Assembly: GCA_043228905.1 (NCBI GenBank)
Contig: JBHGNT010000011.1
Span: 11,284,001 to 11,348,000, forward strand
Reading direction: 5' to 3'
From: Azolla caroliniana
Taxonomy: Eukaryota > Plantae > Polypodiophyta
Length of the DNA: 64,000 nucleotides
A model generated the notes under the pieces. It was not told the origin of the DNA, did not search any database, and saw nothing but the letters and a program-made list of their open reading frames with translations. Positions 25,307 through 37,294 of this stretch are shown here, piece by piece (within the stretch, counting starts at the first letter, position 1; every line of letters begins with the position of its first letter). Made by a program: the position numbers and the translations under genes.

Positions 25307-26213
25307 TGTCACGAAAATATGACGAAGACACGTGATCTTTGTGACATCTTTGGTGAACCCGACGTGAAACGAGGCGATAGGAGGATATCTCATGGAGGCA
25401 ACGTGAAAGATAATGATGGAATTTTCAAGAAAATTAAAACAACAAGGTGCGGCCCAACAAACCATCGAGAGCATGGTCGAGCGAGTCAGCTATTTCAACG
25501 TTGATGAAGTCCAAAATTTTCTAAAAGCCTACAACATTGAGATGGATTTGTGAGGTGTGAACGAAGCCATGAGGCTAGAGTACTTTTGTCGAGTGGTGTC
25601 TGAAAAGATCTATGAAGAGACAAAAGAGCTTCAAGATGCTCACGACTCGTGGGGGTCCGTGCAAGAAACTTTACGGGAGCTATATAGATACAAAGGGCCA
25701 AAGAGATGTAGCCTATACAAATTTGACCAATGGGTATCATCATTAAAGACACACCAAAGTACCATGCATGCGTTCATTGAGTTCGAGAGTCTGTTTGCTC
25801 AACTCTTGGAGCAGGATCGAGGATTGATGGGGGTGAATAAAGTTCTAATGTTCATGAAGTTGATAAATCTGAAGGAAAGGAAGGCCATTGGAATCTGACT
25901 TGAAAATGACGATGGTGCAAATGGCCTCACCGAGGATTGGGTGAAAGTGGAAAGAGAACGTCGACTACATGATAAGAGGAAGACAAGATTTTCATCGGCA
26001 ACAACACAACCCACGATGGATGGTGAAAGGAGGACAATATGCAACTACAAACTACCACCTAAAGAAGAGATCTTGAAGAGGGAAGGTTTGATGGTACTCG
26101 ACATAGAGGCCTTCATAAACGAGGCATATGAGAATTTAAAGGTGCAAGTCGAGGCCAAAGAGAATCTTATAATGGAACCAAAACCGATTAAAATGGTTGT
26201 TAGGGAAGAAGAG
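25307..26213 (+). mobile_element. Truncated Gypsy (Gypsy-4): 40-bp collapsed LTR, Trp PBS, degenerate gag
   Basis: TGTCAC...GTGACA (25307-25346), then TGGTGAACCCGACGTGA, then gag-like KVLMFMK...NGLTEDW; left flank ACGG. Right boundary approximate. Confidence 0.75.
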
Positions 26214-29200
26214 ACCTCCCAACAAAACATAGCCTCAATAGGCTTACTCAAAACATATTTACAAACATGTCTTCTCTTCCGGTTCTCACTGGGTCCACCT
26301 GATCCGGTTTCTGGATCTCTTCCAGTTCTCACCGGGTCCTCTTCATTCATCACCGGATCCCATCCGGAGAGACTGATTTCCCAAAAATCTCCCCCTTCAC
26401 TCCGGCATGGGATGTCTCGCCAACCCAATCCGCTTTCGGCACGCGTCCAGCTTGTCGGTCATCAACACCTTGGTCAACATTTCCAACCTGTTCTCCTCTG
26501 TGTGGATCTTTGTCAACACGAACTCTTGATCTTCTACTCTCTCCCAGATCCAGTGGTACCTTCGTTGGATATGCTTCGTCCGGGAATGGTAGACCGCGTT
26601 CTTTGCAAGGTGAATGGCACTTTGACTGTCGCAGTAGAGCCAATATTCCTCTTGTTGGATTCCTAGCTCTCCAATGAAGTCCTTCATCCAAATTATCTCC
26701 TTGCCGGCTTCTACTGTTGCCATGTACTTTGCCTCCATGGTTGAGAACGCAACTGTCTTCTGTAGCCTCAACTGCCATGAAATAGCTCGCAGTAGAGCCA
26801 ATATTCCTCCTGTTGGATTCCTAGCTCTCCGATGAAGTCCTTCATCCAGATTATCTCCTTGCCGGCTTCTATTGCTACCATGTACTTCGCCTCCGTGGTT
26901 GACAACGCAACCGTTGTCGTGCCTTTCGGCTCCGGATCGTTGCGTGAGTCGGGTGGGAACCACCGAGGTTTTTGACTAGGAGGAAGAGGAATACAACTTA
27001 AGGCTAGTTATGAATAGTGGAAAGAGAAGTAAGATAACAATCTCGTGAATCCCACGAGTTTAGTGTATTTAAAACAATATTTAGATTATAAGAGTAATTT
27101 AGATGGCAAAATTCGTGAATCCCACAAATATATTAGATTGATCAATCCTTGTATATTAATCAACAACCTTATACATATTTCTCTCCTCCTTATATAAAGA
27201 TGGAAGAGGCTAAGCATGGCTTCATGCTTTTTCACCAAAAGTGTCCATGCACACTAAATGTGCATGTGATGCTTTGTCATTTCCTAAGTATAGGGCTCAT
27301 GCACGCTAGATGTGCATGAGTCACTTTCAATGTCACGTGTAAATAAAATATTCACACCCTAAAGGATACATGATTTTTACCTTTTAATAAAGGTATGTGT
27401 AAATAAAGGTCTTATACGTATTAAATCTATATGTATAACACTAAAGATAAGTTATTGCAATGGTAAAGTTGAAGTTTATCTACATGGAGGTGTAGGGTTT
27501 GAATCTTGCCCTATGCACGTGATAAATATTTTGATATATTATTTATTTATTTATATGTATCTAAAATTGGATATATTATTTTATGGTTTTCACGTAGTGT
27601 GTGGAATACACTACGACACTCGCCCCCTCCGAACCCGCACATCCTCCGGTATGTGCCGAAGTTCTCGATTCCTCATATCCGTCTTCACCCAAAGCTTCCT
27701 CCGATTCTCCCCTTATGTCAACTATGAGTTGTAATTCACTTTCTTCGCTTCCCGCATCACCGTGGTCTTCGTCCGATTGCTCCTCTTTGTCGGCCTTGGC
27801 TTGGATCACATAGGGTTTGTCGTCGGTCCGCTTCTTAAAAATCTTCACCTGCTTCCCGGCTATAGGCAGTCGTAGTATTGTTCCATCCAACTCGGACAGT
27901 CGGTACGTTCCGTTGTCGAAGACCTTCCGAACCTCGTATGGCCCGGACCACCTTTTCGCGAATTTCCGCATCGTTGTATGTTGATGGTCCAAACTACTGT
28001 CATATTGACTCACATATTTCCTCCATAGCTTGAATCACACCGATCTTTGTTGGTGACGGTCTTCGGCCGTAGGGCCCACATAGATGTCCGACCACCAATA
28101 TTTCTTCTTGCCCGAATGCCGATTTCTCCCCGGAAAGTGTTAGGTGCACATCTTCTAGCTTTCGCAACACTTTCTCGCAATCATGAATATGGTCGATCAT
28201 GAACTTTCGGCATCCCCGATCATCCATAGTCTCATCTTTTTCTTCTACCACGCATCCTTCCATCGGAATGTCATCGAGGAACAACATCGTTATCTCCGGA
28301 ATGCAGTCTCGAAGCACCTTGTTCATCGCGTTCATCATATGAGCAACCGAGTTTGTCGCTCCTTGTGGTAGTGTGCACATTCAGACTAATCCTATCGGTG
28401 TTCGCATGGTTGTGATGTCTCGGCTCTCCACGGTTAGTTGGAATTGGTCATACCCCGAGTATAGGTCTCCGATGGAGTATATTGCACGACCGGCAAAAGC
28501 TTCCGCAAATTCGTCCACTATCGGACCGACTCCCGAGTTCCGGATCGTGACCTTATTCACCGGTTGCAAGTCTTGGATAAATCAGAGTGACCCATTCTTC
28601 TTCGGAACCGTAAACCATCGATTTGAGTACGGAGTAGTTGATGGCTCTAGAATCCCCATCGCCACCTTCTCCTTGAGCAAGTCAATTACTTTCGGAATAT
28701 GCGCTCGTGGCACCGGAATCGGCTTCAGGTTCCACGGTACATGGTCAATCGTGAAGATCACCATCGGCTCCACTATTCTCGGATCGACGCACCCTATCTC
28801 CCTTGATGTAAATGCAAACGCTTTGCCGTGTTGCTCCAACATCTCGCGAAACCGTTCTTCTTCTTTTTGTAATAGGAACCCACCTCCACCGATCCGAAGT
28901 TTCTTCCGGGTCTCATTCGTGAAGGCATGTCCAATATCCAAGGACTTCCGAAGTGTCGGATCTTTCGAGACTTCTTTCCTCTTTTGTTCGCTATCGGCGG
29001 GTAGTGGTCCCGCAGCCGGTTTCATCTTCTTCTCCACGGTCTTGTATTTCGTACTTACCATTGCTTCTTCTTTGCAGAGCGTATCCGGCTCCATTTTCGC
29101 AATGATCTCGTACATTTCGACCGATTCCACCGAGACTACCTGGTTCCCTTGGCTTTTATCTTCCGCAAGCTCTTCAAGTCGTTGTAGCGTGCTCCCATAG

Positions 29201-32200
29201 AACACTTCTTCGACTATCCCCACGATTTCTTCATCTTCTTTTATTATTGATGCCGACCGCAACTTATCCTCCACTTGTTGGTATCCTTTCTTCAATCCTC
29301 CGGTTACGGTCGTGTACGTAGATGCCCCATCCGGACCGATTCGTACATGTTTTGCTCCGAGAGTTTCCTTCCTGTGTGGGGTATCAGGGCTTCTCGGACT
29401 ATCACTTCCCCACTCTGCAACAGTCCGCTTTAAAAATCCATTCTCACTTGGGACAAGAGTTCCCTCTTGTTCCTTTCGTGATTTGCCGGCACCGTTAGGA
29501 ATTGGATGGATTTCCCACCGTTTTGGCTCCGAATTCGCGCAAAAGCCGCACCGCTATCGAGCACCTTCGTCTCCATCCGTGATGCCGTGATAAAGGGCTG
29601 GCCGAGGATGACGGAATGTGAAACCTCATCTTGCACGAAGAAATTTTGGTCGATCTCGACATCCCCGATCTTCACCGTCACATCCGGACAAGCCGCAAAT
29701 AGAACTTCCGTTGCTTTGGTGGCCGCTCGAATCTTCCATCCATGGTTGGTGTTAATAGGCCACTTCCCCTTCCGGTAGAACTCCTTGGACATCAAGTTGA
29801 TGTCTGATCCGTGATCAATCAATGTTAGCACGGGTTCTTTGATGTTGCCGATTCGGACCGGAGTCTCCGTAGTCGCGCGTGCCCAATGTGGCCTTGTATA
29901 GTGGGAGTTCGGAATTTCGTCCTCCACTTCGGTGTCGTTCATTAAAATGGTGTTCGCATTCACCCTTGGAGCATTTTCCTCCGTACTTTGTCTTTTTCAC
30001 TTCACGAGATCCACGAGAAGATCGTGGAACTCCTTCTTTGCTATTCCGAGTAGCTCCCGAAGCGAGAAATCTACCCGGCTATCCAAGATTCTTTCCTCGA
30101 ACACTCTTTTCAAGTCGGTTTGCTATTCTATGTCTGAGGCGAGCTTGAATGCCGGAGTCGCCTTTTCTTTTCCCTTACCTCCGAAGTTCCAGCTTTCCGG
30201 TATCTTCGATGGCCCGGCCGCATCCTCCGTGCGTCGTCGTTTCTCGTCCACATACACCTTATGCAATTTACACAGGGCGTATACGCTATTCTTGTCGACA
30301 GGGCACTCCCATCCCGTAGCTTCCCGGACGCCTTCCGCGGTGCTTCGGATCTCGTTGGAGTCGGTTTTCTCGGTGTTTTCTAGAACTTCCGGCCAAAAAG
30401 ACGTATTTGCTCTCGATGACTCCCCGACACATATTCCCGCGGTTGTCGCATAGTTGCTTCTTGCCGCCAATTCCTCCTCGAGCACCTTCTTCATGCCGCC
30501 TTTCCGGAAGTTCGGTCGGAGTGGCTTCCGAGAGTCCATCGAATGAATCCGGTTTCCCTCGTAGTAGATGAGATCCCGCCGTAGCGCCTCCTTATGCTCG
30601 TCGCAATCCCTCCGATCGTGTTCGGCGCTATCGCACCATATGCACCGTCGGTCCGTATACTTGGAGCTTGTGGGGCGGTCATCCAACTTCTTCACCATCG
30701 CGATCTTCAGATTCTCCATCTCCTTCAATAGTTGCTCCACCGTAGATGCATCAATCCCCTTCTTGGTTGTAGTCTCCCGAGCCCTCGGTTGATGGTCTTC
30801 CAATCCGGTTATCGGTTTCGGAATCGGTTCCGAAACCCTCTTTTCCTCGTTGGCAAGCCATTGCCCCCTCTTCTTGTATCGCATGACGATATCCCGCATG
30901 CTTTCCCATGTTTCGGTGAGGCCACTCTCCGTGGTCATGTCCTCCAAGAGCACTCCGAGATCTTTCCGGTCTCGGACGTCCACGGCTCGCAAGAACATGA
31001 TCACCTTGTCCGGTACGAGGATAGCTTGATCTCTCGCGGACAACCTCCCGAACCGGCTTTCGAATGCTGAAAACACATCAACGATCTTCAATCCCTTGTC
31101 CGGCGTCTCCACCCAATCTTCGAATCCCCTTCGCGTTGCCTTGGAGGAATTCTCGATGGCGAACGTCCTCTTTAGCTCTTCTTCAAACGCCTCCCATGTC
31201 GGATTTTGTTGTCGTAGCCCATGGATGCTTGCTTGAACCCGTCGGTCGCCACCCGGTTGAAGGACATCACTTGCAGTCCTTCCGATATTCCGCACCGTAG
31301 CATCTCCGCCTTGTAGTCCCGAAGATACCGCGCCACGTCTTTCCCGTTGAATTGCCCGTTTTGTTGCACAAGCCGCTCCACTGATGCCACTATCTCCGAC
31401 ATCGCGCGTTGTTCTTGTAGCATGCGCTCGAACATCATCATCATGTTGCTAGCCTCCGGTTGATTTTCCATCTCCTTGCCACCTGGTCTTCACGTCGGGT
31501 TCACCAACTGTGTCGTGCCTTTCGGCTCCGGATCGTTGCGTGAGTCGGGTGGGAACCGCCGAGGTTTTTGACTAGGAGGAAGAGGAATACAACTTAAGGC
31601 TAGTTATGAATAGTGGAAAGAGAAGTAAGATAGCAATCTCGTGAATCCCACGAGTTTAGTGTATTTAAAACAATATTTAGATTATAAAAGTAATTTAGAT
31701 GGCAAAATTCGTGAATCCCACAAATATATTAGATTGATCAATCCTTGTATATTAATCAACAACCTTATACATATTTCTCTCCTCCTTATATAAAGATGGA
31801 AGAGGCTAAGCATGGCTTCATGCTTTTTCACCAAAAGTGTCCATGCACACTAAATGTGCATGTGATGATTTGTCATTTCCTAAGTATAGGGCTCATGCAC
31901 GCTAGATGTGCATGAGTCACTTTCAATGTCACGTGTAAATAAAATATTCACACCCTAAAGAATACATGATTTTTACCTTTTAATAAAGGTATGTGTAAAT
32001 AAACTTGGTCTTATACGTATTAAATCTATATGTATAACATTAAAGATAAGGTATTACAATGGTAAAGTTGAAGTTTATCTATGTGGAGGTGCAGGGTTCA
32101 AATCCTGCCCTATGCACGTGATAAATATTTTGATATATTTTTTTATTTATTTATATGTATCTAAAATCGGATATATTATTTTATGGTTTTCACGTAGTGT

Positions 32201-34504
32201 GTGGAATACACTACGACACCGTCTTCTGCAACCTCGACTGCCATGAAACAGCTCCCCCTGCATAAGTCATGACATACCCGAATGTACACCGGTTGGTATC
32301 CGCATTAGCCGACATATCCGAATCCGTGAATCTGTCAAGTTGGGGATTACTGGAGCTGAACCGGAGGCACATACTCGAGGTGCCTTTCAGATACCGGAGT
32401 ATCCACTTGACCGCGTTCCAATGCTCTCTTCCGGGATTGCTCATGAATTGGTTTACCACTCCGACTACATATCCGATATCCGGCCGGGTACATACCATCG
32501 CGTACATCAAGCTTCCGACGGTAGAGACATATGGTATCTTTATCATATCCGTTTTCTCCAGCTTTGTCCTCGGACTTTGTTTTCCGGATAGCTTGCAGTT
32601 TGCCGGAAGTGTCGATCCGACCGGTTTCGCCTCCAACATGTTGAACCGTTGAAGCACATTTGTCACGTACTTCTCCTGTGACAACCACAATAACTTCTTC
32701 GACCGGTCTCGGATGATGTGCATTCGCAATATCTGTCTTGTCGGACCCAAGTCTTTCATTGAGAAGGTCTGGTTTAGAGCCTTCTTCAGCATCCGAATCT
32801 TGACTTGGCCTCATTTGACGATCAACATATCATCCACATATAGGAGAAGTATCTGGAAATCTCCTTCATCGAATTTCTTCACAAACACGCAGTGATTGAC
32901 CTACCCTTGGTCGGTCATGAAGGAGTTGAACTTCCGGTACCATAGCCAGGGGGCTTGCTTCAATCCGTATAAGCTCTTCTTCAGCCAACACACCAGGTGC
33001 TCCTTCCCTTTCCTCTCAAATCCTTCTGGTTGATGCATGTAGATCTCTTCTTTGAGGTTGCCATGTAGGAATGCCGTCTTGACATCCAGTTGCTCTACCT
33101 CGAGGTCCATGCTTGCCGCTATGCTCAGCATCGTCCGGATGGAATTCATCTTTACTATTGGGGCAAAGATTTCATCGAAGTCCACTCCCTTCTTCTGCTA
33201 GAAACCCTTCACTACAATTCGGGGTTTGTATCTTGGTTGGTTTCCGACATCTCCCGGTTTCAGCTTGTACACCCACTTGTTCCGGAGTACCCTCTTTCGT
33301 TTCGGCAATTCCGCCAGTTCGTATGTGTGGTTCTCATGCAGGGAATCCATCTTGTCCTGCATGGCACTCAACCACTTGCGGCTGTGGGTGTCTCTCTTTG
33401 CTTTTTCGAAGCTTTCCGGCTCCCCCTCATCGGTTAGCAACACATTCTCTGCATCCGGAAATCTCTGGGGGGCTCTTCTGTCTCGGAGAGGATATCTCTG
33501 TCCCTAATTTCTAACCACCGGTTCCTCCATTTGTTCCTCATCCGAATCTGATTCGGGATCTTGTCCGGTTCCAGTGTCTTCTTCTTCTTCTTCTTCGGTC
33601 AGTTCGGTTACTTGTCCATATCCAGTCGGTTCGTCAAGTGTCATCCGATTGCTGGCTAACATCCGGTTCTCAACCGGGTAAGTCCTTGTGTCCTCTAGCT
33701 GGTTTTCATTGGATGATTCGGAACTCATCATCTTCTTCTCCAACTCCCAGTTGGCAAGGGTCTTATCTTCCATGAAGACTATGTCCCAACTACCGGAACA
33801 CGTTTTTGTCGACCAGATCTCACACCCGGTAACCAAACTCATCATCGCCGTATTCAAGGAATATGCATGCCCTGGACTTTGGATCCAGCTTTGCTCTCTT
33901 GTCCTTTGCAACATGCACATATGCGAGACACCCGAACACCTTCAGATGCCGGTAAGACATGTCCTCACCGGTCCATACTCTTTGCGATGTGTCTCCGTCC
34001 AAGGGTACTGAGGGTGATCTGTTTATCACGTAAGTCGCCATTGTCAGCGCCTCAACCCAAACATTTTGGGTAACTTGGCATGTGCTAGCATGCTGCAGAC
34101 TCTCTCCATTATGGTCTGGTTCATCATTTCGGCTAGCCTGTTTAGTTTCGGCGTCTTCGGCACGGTAAATTCGAGCCGGATTCCCGTCGACCGCCAATAC
34201 TCCTCGAATTGCCCCCCGTATTCTCCTCCGTTGTCTGCTCGAACCGCCTTCAGCTTCCGGCCAGTTTCTCTTTCCACTCTCGCATGGAGATCCTTGAAGA
34301 CGGATAGCACATGATCCTTCGTCTTCAACGGTCAGACCCACAACCTTTGGCTTTGGTCATCTATGAATGTCACGAAGTACTGTGATCCGGCATGTGACTT
34401 CGTGTCCACTCGACACACATCGGTATGCACCAGCTCCTGCGGTGCATTCAGTCTAATTGATGGTCTTGACCGGAAGGAGGTTCGGTTTTGTTTGCTGGCC
34501 AAGT
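26214..34504 (-). mobile_element. Copia element E (B-like family), 5'-deleted, interrupted by Gypsy-2
   Basis: Partial 3' LTR at ~26230-26384 with PPT, RNase H, RT and integrase (ELVHTDVC). Ends abruptly at ~34504. Confidence 0.88.
26915..32218 (-). mobile_element. Gypsy-2 (Gypsy-1 family) with an internal deletion of RNase H and the integrase core
   Basis: LTRs 26915-27618 and 31511-32218, TSD CCGT on both sides, Trp PBS. Proteins are close to Gypsy-1; the RT end is joined to the INT C-terminus at ~28003. Confidence 0.95.
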
Positions 34505-35556
34505 GTTTTCTCACAAGTTGCCGACGTGCCTCTGCTGAATGCGATCCACCAATGACAAAATAATTATATTGATCATGCTTTCTAATATCAAAATCTTCAA
34601 TGGTTTCACATTCTTCAGGATCTACCATAACAATAAAAGGCACCACAGTGGCATGAGGATTAATTTTCATTTTTTTCTTGAGATTTTGAACATGCATGCG
34701 GTGTGGCTCTCTAATCTCAAGTGGTCATCGACCTGTTTTTTCATCAATAGGGGGCCGATAGATGTGTGTTATAGGCAAATTAAACACTTGCCCTTTCCTG
34801 ACCAGTTTCCGTTGCATTAACTCTCTCCTTATCTTATTCTGCTCGGATGACAAAACACCTGAGGCCAGCTCAGCTCCTGGCGTCCCCTTATTATCCTCCT
34901 CTTCGTTTTCACTTGTTGAATCCGTGTCCGACATTTTGGTTGTCTTCTTCTTTGGTGGTCTTGACTGGACTTTGGATACCCTTTTTGTGGCCTTCAATGG
35001 GGAGGGCACTTCATCTCTTAGAGTTACATGGCCTTGTATATAAGGCCTCAAGGTAACAATAAGGTTTTGTGAGATTTCAAGATCTTTTTTGAACGCTTCT
35101 GGCCCACAAGATTCCTTTACTAAAAGGTCTTCTGAAAGGAACACTTTACGTACCTCCTTGGAGCACTCTATCATTACCAGTATGTTGGCCAAATCTGCAT
35201 CTTCGTAGTCAAATCGTAGAATATGGCCATACATAAATGGGGTTTCCTTTCCAAGCTGCCCCTCCCCCTTCTTCTTTGTTGTATACAATACGACTTTTTT
35301 CTTTGAGTCGACATATTGCATACACCATTCCTTGTCCGTTAGATCTCGGTCAGGAAGGTCTTCACCTCCAGTAGCGGCGACAAGTTTCTTTTGGCTAACA
35401 TCAATATGTGGCTGAGATTTTGTCTCTTCGTTGAAGAAAAGCTTTTTTCCTCTCTTCATGGTCTCAGGAGCTACCTTGGTCTGGGCTTCGATTGGAGAAC
35501 CCTGTATGCGAAGCTTTATTTTCTTCACGGGTCGGTCCGACAGGTTCTCAAACGAC
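34505..35556 (-). pseudogene. Protein with a ParB/Sulfiredoxin-like domain, one in-frame TGA (34725-34727), C-terminally truncated
   Basis: Read-through gives PITHIYRPP...LEIREPHRMHVQNLKKKM...VPFIVMV...YFVIGGSHSAEARRQL, matching the ParB/Srx pattern (compare Srx YYSFGGCHRYAA). Putative splice acceptor TTTCTTAAATAG at ~35557. Confidence 0.62.
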
Positions 35557-36012
35557 CTATTTAAGAAAGTATATGCAAAAACATAAGTTAGGTGGTCACG
35601 TAGATTAAGGTTGTATATTAAAATATAAATATTAAGATGAATAACAGTTCTCACTAGCATTCCTATATTCAAAAATCTATTCTAGGCAGGGCTATTCAAC
35701 CTAGAAAATATGTATCGTAATAGGTAAACAGGGTTATATATTCTTTTAAAGAGTAGGTATGACTTATATAGATTCCAAACCTATATTGAGGAGAATTTGC
35801 TATCGTAAAGGCAATTTGTGGATCATTTTCTACTATTTTAAGCTAAAGTAGGTCATAAAACACCTATAATTAGGGCATGTTTTTTTTTTAAAGTAACGAA
35901 AGTCAACATAAAAAAGACTGATTTTGACAGACAATTTGATATCTTTTCCACACAATAATTAATTGTTACCCCAAAAACACAATTTTCTCTCTCAGAGCCT
36001 TCTTTTATACAG

Positions 36013-36359
36013 GAACTCGATACGGCGTATCGAGTTCCTGTTTAAATCCTAAACTTTAAACGGGAACTCGATACGCCGGATCGAGTTCCTCTGCTTTCTT
36101 TGCTTTTTAAACAGGAACTCGATACGGCGTATCGAGTTCGTGTTTTATCGAGTTCCTATTTAAAACCTACACTTTAAACACGAACTCGATACGCCGTATC
36201 GAGTTCGTGTTTAAAGTGTAGGTTTTAAACAGGAACTCAATACGCTGTATCGAGTTCTCGTTTAAAAAGCAAAAACAAATTATGAACTCGATACGCCGTA
36301 TCGAGTTCCTGTATAAAGTTTGTATTGTATACAGGAACTCGATACGGCGTATCGAGTTC
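36013..36359. repeat. Array of seven 25-bp palindromes GAACTCGATACG(G/C)CGTATCGAGTTC at 51-bp period
   Basis: Cores start at 36013, 36064, 36115, 36182, 36233, 36284 and 36335, separated by 26-bp AT-rich spacers; one extra 16-bp segment with a half-site lies after unit 3. Confidence 0.97.
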
Positions 36360-36558
36360 TTGAGCGACGAAACATATTTACAAAAATGTCCACAGTGTCA
36401 GAGGCCTAGCTGGAGTCCTCGTGCTCGATTCTCTTTGAAGACATGGTTGATCGTGTAGCAGTGGAGGCGGAGATCGCGCTTTGGTGCTTTGTGCTCTGTG
36501 TGCTTTGTGTGCTCTGTACGCTCTGTACGCTCTTGTGAGTGAAATATGACGAGGTCTT

Positions 36559-36570
36559 CCTATTTATAGG
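36559..36570 (-). promoter_or_regulatory. Putative TATA box for the leftward (ParB-like) transcript
   Basis: CCTATAAATAGG on -, followed by a CA-rich leader and an ATG at 36444 (MSSKRIEHEDSS*ASDTVDIF) and a possible GTAAAT donor at ~36381. Confidence 0.5.
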
Positions 36571-37294
36571 GATTGACCACATTGGTTAAAGTAACCATAG
36601 TCACCTTAACCAAGGTTGGTAAGTTTGAGGATAGTTAGTTGGTAACCACAGTCACATTAACTAGAGTAACTTATGATTGCATTAATGATTACAAAGTCAA
36701 ACTAACATATTGATCAATCTTTTATAGTCATAACAACCTGTCCTTTCCTGACCTTTCCTGACCAGTTTACACTTCAAAGGTCATGAAGGAGACAATGATA
36801 GAGGTTCATGAATGTACCAATGATTGATTACTAAAAGCAACAATTTTTATGACTCTCAAATGCTGTGTATTAAAGATGTTGGCATGAATTAACCAATGAT
36901 TGATAAGTCTAATATTTAAAATGGTGAGCATTAAAGAACCAATGAGTGAGACGTTCTATATCAAAATGGGTGCCATTAATTAGCCAATGATTTTAACATT
37001 AATCCAACATATTCATGGCTTGTTAATGATTAGATTTATATTATACTTGATTTAACTTCATATAGATGTAGTTTATATAATAATTGATATTTTAAGTACA
37101 ATTACTTTATTAAAAATAATTTTTTGATGTATTGTATTAATAGAATATTACATAATATAGATATTTTATTGATTTGGCTTTTGTTTAGAGAGAAGTTTAT
37201 GTTTAGAGAGGAGTATATGTTTAGAGAGGAGCTTATTAGTTTTTTTCCTTACCCTAAGCACATAACTTAGAGAGCCCTATCTAGACCTTAAGCC

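Noticed and set aside
25941-26666. 241-aa ORF as a host gene
   Set aside because: It is a chimera of Gypsy gag, a Copia LTR and antisense RNase H.
26630-26914. Duplicated RNase H segment as a separate element
   Set aside because: It is a local tandem duplication within Copia E; similar small duplications occur at 9655-9705 and 21322-21600.
34332-34697. 121-aa ORF as a real fusion protein
   Set aside because: It is a chance in-frame junction between the truncated ParB-like gene and a Copia integrase at a deletion breakpoint.
36013-36359. CRISPR array (palindromic repeats with constant-length spacers)
   Set aside because: The spacers are AT-rich and related to each other as reverse complements. 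There are no cas genes, the context is eukaryotic, and a fully palindromic core with a 1-nt centre is unlike CRISPR repeats.
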